This document shows positions 18,763-28,599 of a DNA stretch of 64,000 bases, one piece after another (positions within the stretch are counted from its first letter, which is position 1; every line of letters begins with the position of its first letter). The notes under the pieces were generated by a model, which saw only the letters and a list, made by a program, of their open reading frames with translations, searched no databases and had not been told where the DNA came from. The translations under genes were made by a program, and so were the position numbers. The DNA is from Dehalococcoidia bacterium. GTDB lineage: Bacteria; Chloroflexota; Dehalococcoidia; Lucifugimonadales; UBA1123. The stretch spans positions 436,837 through 500,836 of the forward strand of contig OZ220693.1 of assembly GCA_965116415.1 (NCBI GenBank), written 5' to 3'.

Positions 18763-19767
18763 ATGACTGACCAGATAGAAGAGGTTTCAACTGCCGAGCA
18801 GCCGTCGGACCCCGACGCCACCATCCAGGTGAAGGGCGTTACGAAACGGTTCGGCTCCCACGTCGCGGTTGACAACCTCTCGTTTGACGTAAAGCGCGGC
18901 GAGATCGTTGGATTCCTTGGCCCAAACGGATCGGGAAAGACGACCACCATGCGAATGCTGACGTCCTTCTACACCCCCGACATCGGCTCGATTGCCATCA
19001 ATGGCACCGACACGCAGGAGAGTGACCTCCTCACTCGAGGGTCGATAGGTTATCTCCCTGAAAACAACCCTCTCTACGAAGATATGCTGGTTGCCGAGTA
19101 CCTCGCCTTTGTGGCCGAACTCCGCGGGCTTCACGGGGCCGAACGCAAGACCAACATGGATCTGACGGTTGAAGAGACCGGCATCCAGGAGGTCTTCTAC
19201 CGTCCCATCCACGAGCTTTCGAAGGGCTACCACCAGAGGGTGGGTCTTGCACAGGCAATTCTCCACAGGCCTTCGATTCTCGTGCTCGACGAACCGACAG
19301 AGGGCCTCGATCCTAACCAGCGAATTACCATTCGCGACCTGATCAGGCACTTGGGCGGCGAGAGAACAGTCCTGCTGAGCACGCACGTCATGCAGGAGGT
19401 TGAAAACACCTGTGAGCGCGTCCTTGTGATCAGGCGCGGCAAGCTGGTGGCCAACAGCCCGGTCCAGGACCTTCTGCAGCAGACGCTCGAGCTCAGGACC
19501 GTGCATCTCGAGGTGGTTGGCAACAACGTCGAGGTCGGGCTCGCGCAAGTTGACGGAATCACGGCGGTCGAAAGAATGGGGATCGAAGCCGGAAGGAAGC
19601 GATACAGGCTGTCGGTGTCGGCCGAGGCAGACCCCAGGGGCGACATTTTCGCCCTCGCAAAGTCAAGAGACTGGACCCTGTGGGAGCTGCACGAGGAGCG
19701 ACCCAGGCTGGAGGACGTGTTCCACCACCTGACCGCCGAGGGCGATCGGACTGGAGACGAGTCCTAG
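18763..19767 (+). CDS. ABC-2 transporter ATP-binding protein (GldA-like)
   Basis: GPNGSGKTT, LSKGYHQR, LDEPT, STH. Confidence 0.92.
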   Translation: MTDQIEEVSTAEQPSDPDATIQVKGVTKRFGSHVAVDNLSFDVKRGEIVGFLGPNGSGKTTTMRMLTSFYTPDIGSIAINGTDTQESDLLTRGSIGYLPENNPLYEDMLVAEYLAFVAELRGLHGAERKTNMDLTVEETGIQEVFYRPIHELSKGYHQRVGLAQAILHRPSILVLDEPTEGLDPNQRITIRDLIRHLGGERTVLLSTHVMQEVENTCERVLVIRRGKLVANSPVQDLLQQTLELRTVHLEVVGNNVEVGLAQVDGITAVERMGIEAGRKRYRLSVSAEADPRGDIFALAKSRDWTLWELHEERPRLEDVFHHLTAEGDRTGDES

Positions 19768-19771
19768 ACAG

Positions 19772-22093
19772 ATGCGCTCACCACTATTCGCACTGGTCAA
19801 GAAGGACGTCAAGAGCTACTTCGACCAGCCAACCGCGTACATTCTGATCGTCCCATTTGTAGCAGTACTCGCCTACGTCTTCTTCAGTAGCGCTCTGCTC
19901 ACAGCCGAGGCCTCGCTGAGGCCGATGTTCACCGTCGACTTTCAGATCGACAGCCCTTCCCTGCCCTGGCTACTCGCCATATTCGTTCCTGCCGCCACCA
20001 TGAGGTTGCTTGCAGAGGAGAACCGCGACGGGACCCTGGAGCTGCTGCTGACTCATCCTGTACGAGGATGGATCGTTCTCATCTCGAAGTTCCTTGCTGG
20101 CTTCATCTTCGTGGCGTTTGCCATTCTGGCCACGGTGGGCATACCAATCGCTGTTACCACGGCTGGAAATCTCGACGTTGGGGCCACGGTGGGACAGTAC
20201 GTCAGCAGCCTTTTCCTGGCCGCAGCTTTCGTCTCGATCGGGCTGTTTACGTCGAGCCTGACTCGCAACCAGATAGTTGCGTTCATCCTGGGGCTCTCGC
20301 TAACTATGACCCTGATGGTCATGGGGCTGGACATCGTGGCCGTCACTCTCCCTCCGCGCCTGGCGTCCCTGCTGCAGGACCTCAGCCCGGTGACCCACTT
20401 TTCGAGCATTGCCCGGGGAGTCATTCACCTCAGAGACGTGCTCTACTTCGTCGCACTGATCTCGACCTTCCTGAGCGCTACGTTCCTGGTCATCAGGGGG
20501 AGAACGCTGAGCCATTCGTCGGCACAGTACCGCAACCTTCAGCTCGGCACGGTGGGGCTGATCGTCGTAAGCCTCCTGGTTGGTTGGTCTGGCAACTCAA
20601 TCGGTGGTCGAATTGATCTGACAGAAGACCAGCTCTTCACCCTCAGTCCTGCGACAGCAGACATCCTGGACGGGCTTGACGACATCCTGACACTGGAACT
20701 CTTCGAGTCCAGAGAGCCTCCCGTGCAGGTGGCAATAACCGCGCGGGACGTTGGGGACTTCCTAGAAGACTTCGCAGCCGGCTCAGGCGGGGACGTCAAG
20801 CTGGTAAGGCGCTTCCCTGCCGACGACGAGGACGAGTCCCGGAAGGCGCAGCTGGCCGGTATTCCTCCTGTGCAGTTCAACGTTCAGAGCCAGGGCGAAC
20901 TCCAGATCAAGACGGGGTATCTCGGACTCGCCATGACCTACGTTGACAGGCGCCAGGTCATCCCGTACATCACTAACTTCGATGGCTTCGAGTACCAGCT
21001 GGCGTCGATCGCAAACCGGATGCTCCAGGAAGACAAGAAGACGGTGGCATTCCTGACCGGCCATGGAGAGGCCGGTCCTTCAGCCGGATACAACACCTTC
21101 GCTGGACTGCTACTCGATTCGTATCGAGTCAAGGAGCTGGACACATCTGAGGACCCGAATATAGACCTGTCAGACGTGGACGTGCTGATAATCGGTGGTC
21201 CGACGAGCTCCATCCGTGATGAGACGGCCAACGCGATCAGGCAGTACCTGCTCGGCGGAGGCAAGGCGATGATCATGGTGAACTCCGTCGTCATCGACCA
21301 GAGCCGCCTGATCGCCAACCGAAACCGCAACAGCTTTTCCTACCTGCCCGAAGAGTTCGGCGTGATCGTCGAGGACGATCTGGTATTCGACCTGCAGTCG
21401 AACGAGACCCTGTCGTTCAACACAGGTGTCGGCAACGTATTCCTACCCTACCCGTTCTGGATGCGCGTACCGGTGATCGACAGAAAGGTGGCAGGAAACG
21501 TGGGCTCAGTCTTGCTGCCGTGGGCGTCCTCAGTTGGCATAGCAGAGTCCGAACGCGGCCGGATCGAGGTCATACCTCTGCTCGAAACTACGGAGTTTGC
21601 AGCCATCGACTTCAATTACGGAGACGTTCGGCCAAACTCACCGATATTCGAGGAGGTCACACGAGGGAACTTCGTTCAGGCCATGATGGGAGCGGCGATC
21701 GTTCAGAGCGATGCTCCCGCCGGCCAGGATGCCTTCAGAATTGTCGTGTTCGGGGACTCCGAGTGGCTTACTGACAGCGTGTTGCCCAGGTCACAGGAGA
21801 ACATCGCGCTTGGCCTGAACCTCGTGGACTGGCTCGCCCAGGAAGATACCCTTGCAGCTGTACGGTCAAAAATAGTCACTTCACGTGACCTATTGTTCGA
21901 CTCCACCACGCACAAGAACATTGCGCAGTGGGGAAACGTCGCCGGTGTGCCGCTGCTGATTGTGGTCATCGGACTCTTCCGCTCCATTAGAAGGCGCAGA
22001 TTCGGCTTCACCATGTATGGTCAGGCCAGGGCAGGCGGGTTCGGATTCAGGCGCCGACGCCGCGGCGACCAGGGCCAGGAGGACGACGAATGA
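19772..22093 (+). CDS. Fused GldF-like permease / GldG-like auxiliary domain protein
   Basis: TMRLLAEE..GTLELLLT.P, TRNQIVAF, IDLTEDQLFTLS, FLTGHGE, NLVDWL. Confidence 0.85.
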   Translation: MRSPLFALVKKDVKSYFDQPTAYILIVPFVAVLAYVFFSSALLTAEASLRPMFTVDFQIDSPSLPWLLAIFVPAATMRLLAEENRDGTLELLLTHPVRGWIVLISKFLAGFIFVAFAILATVGIPIAVTTAGNLDVGATVGQYVSSLFLAAAFVSIGLFTSSLTRNQIVAFILGLSLTMTLMVMGLDIVAVTLPPRLASLLQDLSPVTHFSSIARGVIHLRDVLYFVALISTFLSATFLVIRGRTLSHSSAQYRNLQLGTVGLIVVSLLVGWSGNSIGGRIDLTEDQLFTLSPATADILDGLDDILTLELFESREPPVQVAITARDVGDFLEDFAAGSGGDVKLVRRFPADDEDESRKAQLAGIPPVQFNVQSQGELQIKTGYLGLAMTYVDRRQVIPYITNFDGFEYQLASIANRMLQEDKKTVAFLTGHGEAGPSAGYNTFAGLLLDSYRVKELDTSEDPNIDLSDVDVLIIGGPTSSIRDETANAIRQYLLGGGKAMIMVNSVVIDQSRLIANRNRNSFSYLPEEFGVIVEDDLVFDLQSNETLSFNTGVGNVFLPYPFWMRVPVIDRKVAGNVGSVLLPWASSVGIAESERGRIEVIPLLETTEFAAIDFNYGDVRPNSPIFEEVTRGNFVQAMMGAAIVQSDAPAGQDAFRIVVFGDSEWLTDSVLPRSQENIALGLNLVDWLAQEDTLAAVRSKIVTSRDLLFDSTTHKNIAQWGNVAGVPLLIVVIGLFRSIRRRRFGFTMYGQARAGGFGFRRRRRGDQGQEDDE

Positions 22094-23049
22094 AGAGCAG
22101 GCAGCTCGGCTTCGTCCTGATGGCGCTTATCGCAGTCGGCGTGGCGGGCCTGATATTCCGGATAGTATCTGCCGGCTCAGACGAGATCATTCTTGAGGGG
22201 CTGGTCCAGGTATCGCGTGAGGCCAGCGATCGAGTCCTGATCAACGACGCCGAACTGCAGACTGAGCTGGTCAGATTGGGTGACGGTGAGCAGGCAACAT
22301 GGTTCGTAGACGATCAGGCCGTGTTTCAACCGATACTCGCGCAGTTCTGGCAGGCTGTAGACGACCTGTACGACGCTCAGCTGGTGTCCATTAACCCTGC
22401 CAATCACACTCCTCTCGGCGTGGTGGACGGCGATTCGATCGAAGTGTCGTTCTTCATCGGTGGGAGGTCGTTGCAGGAGAAGTTCCTGGTCGGCGAGTGG
22501 CAACCCGACGTGAGACTTTGCTACATCCGAAGGGCCGGGCACGAGGAGACGTATGGAGTTCCCTGCCCTGCAGGAAATATCTTCGACCCCGACCCGGACA
22601 GGTGGAAGAACCCGGTGGTGGCCTCGGTCCCTCCCAACGAGATTCTCGAGATCCAGTTCACTTACCCTGAAGAGGCGTTCGTACTTCGCCCAGACGAAGA
22701 GGGCGAGTGGTACGCCCTTGGGCAGGATGGGTCCGAAGAACCGATCAATCCGTTTGCTCTGAATTCCATCATAGGCACGCTGCAGCTTGTGGTTGCCTCA
22801 GGATTTGCAGAGGAAGAAGAGGCCGACAAGCTCAACTTCGCCGTCCCAGATGCGATGGTGCGAGTGATAACGCGTGAGGATGCTTCCACGCCATCGACCA
22901 GGCTGAGGTTCCTGAGGCGCGACGACCTGACCTCTTACCTGTCAGTTCCTACGACCGGGACGGTGTACATAGTCGACAATCAGGCTGTCGGAGGGCTGCT
23001 CCTACGTTTTGAGCAGATGGTTGACGCGCAGGGCGGCGAAGGGGGTTAA
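22090..23049 (+). CDS. DUF4340-like membrane-anchored protein of the Gld-like ABC system
   Basis: N-terminal TM segment, overlaps upstream stop (ATGA), typical third-gene position. Confidence 0.65.
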   Translation: MKSRQLGFVLMALIAVGVAGLIFRIVSAGSDEIILEGLVQVSREASDRVLINDAELQTELVRLGDGEQATWFVDDQAVFQPILAQFWQAVDDLYDAQLVSINPANHTPLGVVDGDSIEVSFFIGGRSLQEKFLVGEWQPDVRLCYIRRAGHEETYGVPCPAGNIFDPDPDRWKNPVVASVPPNEILEIQFTYPEEAFVLRPDEEGEWYALGQDGSEEPINPFALNSIIGTLQLVVASGFAEEEEADKLNFAVPDAMVRVITREDASTPSTRLRFLRRDDLTSYLSVPTTGTVYIVDNQAVGGLLLRFEQMVDAQGGEGG

Positions 23050-23067
23050 ACCAGACCGGATTGGCAA

Positions 23068-23730
23068 CTAGCCAGTCTCGCGGTTGTCGACTAAGTCACC
23101 AGCCAAATCGTCGCCCGATCGTCGCCGCTTCGCATGTCCCACCAATGCATGGCCGAGCACTACTAGCGCCAGCGCGCCCATTACCAGAGCAGTGTCAAGG
23201 TCCTCGACGCGGTTCTGCATGAACAGCAATATAATGACCCCATAACCCGCAATTATGCAGAAGAGCGACGAGTATGGGAGCTTCTGTCCACCCAGCGCAA
23301 CGGCCACCGCCACAAGTACTGCGATGATGGTTTCCCAGTAACCCTGGTAGATGGGGAAGACCGCCAGGGTGACTCCCCCGAGGGTAACCAGTCCGTCTCC
23401 GCCCCTGAACCCGGTGAATACCGAGTTCCAATGGCCGATGATGGCAGCGGCGGCTGGAATCACTATCCAGAGCCCGTCCACGCCGAGCGCTTGAGCGATA
23501 AGTATGGCTACAATGCCCTTGGCAGCATCGCCAAGTACAACCAGACTGGCAGGGATGAAGCCCACGTTTCGACGGACGTTCGTGGCCCCGGCGAGGCCGG
23601 TGCCGGAACTGAAGACATTCACTCCCCGCCTTTTGCTCACACGGTCCGCCAGTGGCAATGCACCACAGATGTATGCGATAACTGCCGCTAGAATCAGGTT
23701 GAGGATCTGCGGTGCTTCATGCAGGGGCAT
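23068..23730 (-). CDS. PlsY-like glycerol-3-phosphate acyltransferase (divergent)
   Basis: GATNVRR, D..KG, GH..SVF.GFRGG; multiple TM segments. Confidence 0.75.
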   Translation of the reverse strand: MPLHEAPQILNLILAAVIAYICGALPLADRVSKRRGVNVFSSGTGLAGATNVRRNVGFIPASLVVLGDAAKGIVAILIAQALGVDGLWIVIPAAAAIIGHWNSVFTGFRGGDGLVTLGGVTLAVFPIYQGYWETIIAVLVAVAVALGGQKLPYSSLFCIIAGYGVIILLFMQNRVEDLDTALVMGALALVVLGHALVGHAKRRRSGDDLAGDLVDNRETG

Positions 23731-23825
23731 AAGTAGTCTTCCACTGAATTGTTCTTGTCATCAATAATTGTATCATCGGCCTCGTTTGCTGAACATATCT
23801 TGACCAGCGTGTAAACTCTGTTCAA

Positions 23826-24842
23826 ATGACTGATCTGGACTTGAGCCCGCCTCGTGACTTGGAACGATTCCGCCTGGGTGACGTTCTGGGCGAGGGCGCA
23901 GACATGCAGGTGTTTGCCGCGACCGATGTCGAGTCCGGCGCGCAATGCGTCGTTAAGCGTCCCCACCCTTCACTCATTTCTCGAAACATCCATGACGACG
24001 TAGAACGAAGGATGACCCTTCAGGCCGAACTGAGATCTAACGGCGGCGTATGCGCTGGCGTGCCGAGACTGCTGACAGTCACCGCCTCAGACACTTTCAG
24101 CTGGTACTTCGGAGATGACCACGCCAGCCCATATGTCGTCCAGGTAGAAGAACGGGCGCCTGGTATACCTCTACTTGGAAGCGTCGGGGACCAGGTCAGG
24201 GGACATCCCATCGGTCTGCCGCTCAACCTGTTCGTTCTGTTCCCTTCGACCGGGCACATTAGGAGAAACCTCGAGAACCCGGCGCTTACCGCGCTCAGCA
24301 TAATCGAACAATGCCTTGAATCAGGCTATCTGGCAGGAGACCTCGGCCCTAGAAACGTGTTCTACTCTCCTGGCACCGGCCGAACTACTGCCATCGATCT
24401 CGGTTCGCTGAGGAGGCCAGAGCCGGAAAGCGATCGTTCGGCGGCATTCGACCTCAACAACATACTGTTCGAGTTCTTTCTGTTCTACACCACACCGGAA
24501 GGACGTCCCACCTCGACAGATGACTACATGCATGTCAGCGAACAGAGACTCGTTGGGACATTGGAGAGAATGGTCCGGTCTATGTTTGAGAAGTATTCGA
24601 CCCTCGCCAATGCTGGGCGGCGGGCTTCTGCCGAATCAATTCTGACAAACTTGGCTGAACGTCGTTACCAGGCTGTCTCGGAGTTTCGACCCGATTTCAA
24701 CGAGTACCTGGCAGAAGCTGCGCGCGAGCCGAGAAGTGAGGCCGCAGATCGAGCTTGGTCTACAGCCATGGAGCGGCTTCGTGAGCCATACTGGACAAAG
24801 TATCTCTTCGACCCAGCTACAGAACTAGCCCACTACACCTGA
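23826..24842 (+). CDS. Divergent Ser/Thr protein kinase-like protein
   Basis: LGEGA Gly-loop, VVKRP (ATP Lys), GDLGPRN catalytic loop, IDLG (DFG-like). Confidence 0.65.
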   Translation: MTDLDLSPPRDLERFRLGDVLGEGADMQVFAATDVESGAQCVVKRPHPSLISRNIHDDVERRMTLQAELRSNGGVCAGVPRLLTVTASDTFSWYFGDDHASPYVVQVEERAPGIPLLGSVGDQVRGHPIGLPLNLFVLFPSTGHIRRNLENPALTALSIIEQCLESGYLAGDLGPRNVFYSPGTGRTTAIDLGSLRRPEPESDRSAAFDLNNILFEFFLFYTTPEGRPTSTDDYMHVSEQRLVGTLERMVRSMFEKYSTLANAGRRASAESILTNLAERRYQAVSEFRPDFNEYLAEAAREPRSEAADRAWSTAMERLREPYWTKYLFDPATELAHYT

Positions 24843-24874
24843 ATGACAGAGCGCTTCCGCGGAGCATTCGGCCT

Positions 24875-25981
24875 CTAAACGAAAATATCCTCAGGGAGAA
24901 ATGCTGAGACAGTTACATTCGGCAGATCGACGATGTTGCTTATCTTCAGATCAACGGCCACCGAGCAGATTACGTAGGCTTGCTCTCGTGAATAGCCGCG
25001 CTCTCCAAGCAGGTCAATCATACTTAGCAGTGCGCTCTTCGCTGCGAGCGTTACGTCCTCGTCCTCCTGTGTGCCGTCTTCTCGAATAGGATAGCCGACG
25101 GTCGCCGTGAAGTTTCTGGGCACGGAGAACTGCGGGGGCAGAAAATAGCCAGGGTGCGAAAATCGGGGCATGGTTATGCCTCTGCTGGCTGCTGCTCCTT
25201 TGTGCACGGTGAACCGCACGGAAACAGTCGCGCCCATCTCGATTGCCGTAATGCACACTTCTCCGTCGCCCTGAGCAAAGTGTCCGTCTCCCACAGAGAA
25301 CAGCCCTCCTTCGACGGCGACCGGTATGTACAGGCGAGACCCTCGAGTAAGCTGTTTGACGTCCATGTTGCCCGCGTTTTCGCGCGGAGGACCTGTCCTA
25401 AGTCCCTCTTCCGCAATTCGTCCGCCAGGGACAGCGTCCTGAGGGTCAGGGGGCGGTACGTTCCCGCCTCGTTCCAGAAGGTCGGCCTCACGAGCAGTCC
25501 AGGCAGCGAGCTGTTCGTGCGATGGGGCGAGCCCTGCGGTCCCCATGAAAGAGCCATCAGGAATTCGCACGCCAGGGACCTGCTCCGAAGTCGCGTAGCC
25601 ATGCTCGATGTCCCAGTGAGCAATGAATGGGACAGTAAATACGTCTCTGAGAAAGCCTGCGCCGGGACGGAAGCGCGTGAAGCCATAGGGCTGAGGAAAG
25701 ATGTCGACGTACTCGATCTCCAACAAGTCTCCGGGTTCAGCGCCATTCACATGGATCGGCCCGGTGAGAGGGTGGCTGACCTTCTGGTCCATGGCGTCGA
25801 GGTCTTCTACCACCGTCGAGGGCTTCATCTGACCGTCACTGGCATCACGGGTGTCGATCACGATGTTCTCGTTCTCACCAACCTCCAGAATTGGCGGTAC
25901 GTCCGGGTGCCAGCGATTGTGGCCGGTCTCCGGCTGCTCCTTGAGCCTCTTGCTCCTGTCTATCCTGATGAACTGGGTCAA
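24875..25981 (-). CDS. Acetamidase/formamidase family protein
   Basis: HNRWHPD, HPLTGPI, GNMD, GDGHFAQGDGEV, AIE. Confidence 0.92.
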   Translation of the reverse strand: MTQFIRIDRSKRLKEQPETGHNRWHPDVPPILEVGENENIVIDTRDASDGQMKPSTVVEDLDAMDQKVSHPLTGPIHVNGAEPGDLLEIEYVDIFPQPYGFTRFRPGAGFLRDVFTVPFIAHWDIEHGYATSEQVPGVRIPDGSFMGTAGLAPSHEQLAAWTAREADLLERGGNVPPPDPQDAVPGGRIAEEGLRTGPPRENAGNMDVKQLTRGSRLYIPVAVEGGLFSVGDGHFAQGDGEVCITAIEMGATVSVRFTVHKGAAASRGITMPRFSHPGYFLPPQFSVPRNFTATVGYPIREDGTQEDEDVTLAAKSALLSMIDLLGERGYSREQAYVICSVAVDLKISNIVDLPNVTVSAFLPEDIFV

Positions 25982-26002
25982 GGTCAGTGTCTCCTGGCTG
26001 TG

Positions 26003-26767
26003 TTAAGCGGTGAACATCTTGTCGTCAGCGGTATCCTGCGGCTCCCAACCGAGTACTTGCCTGGGATGGGTGAGGTCACGGTAGTTCCATCGGTTATTGG
26101 ACACCGCGAAGAATGTGTCGCACCTCAGGTCATCGGGGGCGTCGATGCAAGACTTGAGATGGGTCGCGACATCCCTGTGGCTCAGGTAGATCGCGTTCTC
26201 ACGAACTGTTCTGGGGCGATTCTCCTGGGTGACAGAGCCTATCCTCACGGAAATCATGCTCATACCGTAGTCATCGGAGAAGTGCCGGGCCAGGGCCTCG
26301 CCCCAGATCTTCGCCGCCCCGTAGAGCGCCTCGGGCCTGACGTCTAGATGAGTGAGCTTTCTGAAGTCCGAGGGCACCTTGTCGTACTCACCAGCCGCTA
26401 TGTGTGAATACGGTGGAACAAACTCAAACCCTCGAATCGCGTTGCCACTAGAGGCGAAGATCACCCGCTTGACCCCTGCCCTGCGCGACGCCTCGAAAAC
26501 GTTGTATGTGCCGACCACGTTGCCGGCATGCTGCCCTTCCCAGTCCTGTGACCCAAGATATGCAGCCAGGTGCACTACCACTTCCTGCCCTTCGAATGCC
26601 GGTTGAATGGCGTCGAGGTCAGAAATGTCGGCCTGTACGGTCGGAATGCCTTCGACCGGACGGCGGTTCAGGGCTGTAAGTTCGTAACCTCCTGACTCCA
26701 GCAGGTGGTCCTTGAGCAGCCCTCCAATCAGTCCGCTCATTCCGGTTATCAGCACTCTCTTCGCCAT
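26003..26767 (-). CDS. NAD-dependent epimerase/dehydratase (uronate dehydrogenase-like SDR)
   Basis: ITGMSGLIG, HLAA, FASS, YGAAK. Confidence 0.88.
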   Translation of the reverse strand: MAKRVLITGMSGLIGGLLKDHLLESGGYELTALNRRPVEGIPTVQADISDLDAIQPAFEGQEVVVHLAAYLGSQDWEGQHAGNVVGTYNVFEASRRAGVKRVIFASSGNAIRGFEFVPPYSHIAAGEYDKVPSDFRKLTHLDVRPEALYGAAKIWGEALARHFSDDYGMSMISVRIGSVTQENRPRTVRENAIYLSHRDVATHLKSCIDAPDDLRCDTFFAVSNNRWNYRDLTHPRQVLGWEPQDTADDKMFTA

Positions 26768-26826
26768 AGATTTCCTCCGTTCAGCGCGCGCTGGTCACTG
26801 CAAGCAACGCGGACACATTCACGAGA

Positions 26827-26835
26827 TGGTATAAT
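26827..26835 (+). promoter_or_regulatory. Extended -10 promoter upstream of the sigma factor leader
   Basis: TGgTATAAT. Confidence 0.65.
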
Positions 26836-26838
26836 AGT

Positions 26839-27062
26839 AGTTCGCGCGCAAGGCGAACTGGTTAGCGACAGTTAACTAGCCGTCATGGGGGATGTCAAGC
26901 CCAGCACGGCAACTACGAACGTGAACCCCACCGGCAACTGAACCGGTAGGGCCCCTTCGGAAGGGGCGCGTTTCAACCCTCCGCAATACAGGTAGGCGCG
27001 AAAGTCATTGAACGGTATATCACGGTCTGATATGGTCTGCTGAGAAGCAGTCGACGGTTCAA
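26839..27062 (+). ncRNA. Candidate structured RNA leader (unassigned family)
   Basis: Run of adjacent hairpins filling the span from the promoter to the sigma start; see findings. Confidence 0.55.
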
Positions 27063-27071
27063 AGTGAGAAC

Positions 27072-28496
27072 ATGGTTGAACGACAGGACAGTCTCATAGG
27101 AGCGGAGTCCGAATCCAACGAAGAGTGGTCTCTGCTCAGCACCAACCGACGCAGGAGGTCCAACGAAGGCTCCATAGACCTGCTCAAGGCCTATGAGCGC
27201 GAGCTGGGGGATGAGCCGACTGACACTGTCAGGGAGTACCTGAGGTCGATCGGCCAGCACGCGCTGTTGACAGCCCCCGAAGAGCTGGACCTCGGTCTCG
27301 ACGTCGAGCGCTGGATGCTTCTCAAGGAGACGCGGTCGCAGATGACCGCTGAGCTCGAGCGTGATCCTACGACAATAGAAGTTGCAGCCACCCTAATTGC
27401 GGCGACAGTAAGGGAGTTGCTTCTGCTCAGGACTCTCGGCGGGGAAACTGGTTTGGAGCTTCCCAACGAGGCGCCGATCAGCGTACTGCTCGGGGACCCT
27501 GACGTTCGGGAGATCCTCGACAAGCCTCCGACCGACACGCTTAAGGAACTCCTGGCAGGGGTAAGCGGAGATACACCGGACGAGTCGGCTCCGCGCCTTG
27601 CCGCGCTGTCTCGCACCTCTAGCCTGATACCACCTGATGTGTTCGAGGTTGTAGAGCGGACACTGGGAGCGGAACTCTACGCAGACCTGCTGGACGTGGC
27701 GGCAGTGGAAACCGCGATTGAAGGCCACGACCGTCGCATCGAACAGTGGTGGTCCCTGATTACAGATCGTGGACAGTCAGCCTCGGAGAGACTGACAAAC
27801 TCAAACCTGAGGTTGGTCGTAAGCGTCGCGCGCCGTTACCTCCGCCGAGGACTGCCTCTCCTCGACCTAGTACAGGAAGGCAATCTCGGGCTGATGCGGG
27901 CCGTAGAGAAGTACGACCCTCATCGAGGGTTCAAGTTCAGCACATACGCTACGTGGTGGATCCGTCAGGCGGTCACAAGGGCCCTGGCCGACCAGGGCAG
28001 GACGATCAGGCTGCCTGTGCACGTCGTCGAGCGGCTGCAGCAGCTTAATACCGCTGAACGACACCTCATGCGCGACAGGGACAGAGATCCGACCACTGAG
28101 GAGTTAGCCGCCGAATTGGAGTGGACACCTGAGCAGGTTGAGACCCTGATGCGGCAGCGACAGCACACGATTTCCCTTGGAACACCGGTCGGCGAGGAAG
28201 AGTCCACTCTTGAGGACTTCATCCAGGATACCAGCGGACGCACCCCGGACGAGGTTGCGATGCGTCTTCTGACGCGCGAGGACGTTATCGAGGCTCTGGA
28301 TGACATTCCGCCCAGGCTGAGAATGGTGCTAGCCCTGAGGTTCGGATTCATCGACGATCGGCCCCGCACCCTTGAAGAGGTCGGCCGCGAGTTGGGTGTG
28401 ACCCGAGAGCGCGTACGTCAGCTGGAGAAGCAGGCGCTGACGCTGCTGCGCAGCTCAGGGAAGCTCCCGAAGATCGAAGAGATGGAGCCCGACTAG
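27072..28496 (+). CDS. RNA polymerase sigma70 factor, RpoD/SigA-like (group 2-like, no region 1.1)
   Basis: Region 1.2 DTVREYLRSIG..LLT..EE; region 2 NLRLVVSVA..Y..RGLPLLDLVQEGNLGLMRAVEK, FSTYATWWIRQA; region 4 TLEEVG..LGVTRERVRQLE. Confidence 0.93.
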   Translation: MVERQDSLIGAESESNEEWSLLSTNRRRRSNEGSIDLLKAYERELGDEPTDTVREYLRSIGQHALLTAPEELDLGLDVERWMLLKETRSQMTAELERDPTTIEVAATLIAATVRELLLLRTLGGETGLELPNEAPISVLLGDPDVREILDKPPTDTLKELLAGVSGDTPDESAPRLAALSRTSSLIPPDVFEVVERTLGAELYADLLDVAAVETAIEGHDRRIEQWWSLITDRGQSASERLTNSNLRLVVSVARRYLRRGLPLLDLVQEGNLGLMRAVEKYDPHRGFKFSTYATWWIRQAVTRALADQGRTIRLPVHVVERLQQLNTAERHLMRDRDRDPTTEELAAELEWTPEQVETLMRQRQHTISLGTPVGEEESTLEDFIQDTSGRTPDEVAMRLLTREDVIEALDDIPPRLRMVLALRFGFIDDRPRTLEEVGRELGVTRERVRQLEKQALTLLRSSGKLPKIEEMEPD

Positions 28497-28528
28497 TACC
28501 GGTTCCATTTGATTCTGGTGGCTATGAT

Positions 28529-28554
28529 CGTTCGTCCTGAGCCTGTCGAAGGGC
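28529..28554. repeat. Single REP-like extragenic motif
   Basis: CGTTCGTCCTGAGCCTGTCGAAGGGC resembles, from recall, a widespread CTTCGACAGGCTCAGG-type intergenic repeat; it lies between convergent genes. Confidence 0.45.
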
Positions 28555-28599
28555 GGTATGTCAGCCAAACCAATGTGCCAAAACCATCTGGAAACGGCA

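Noticed and set aside
18763-23049. Gliding motility system
   Set aside because: GldA/F/G-like ABC modules are widespread in non-gliding bacteria, and no other gld/T9SS genes are present in this window
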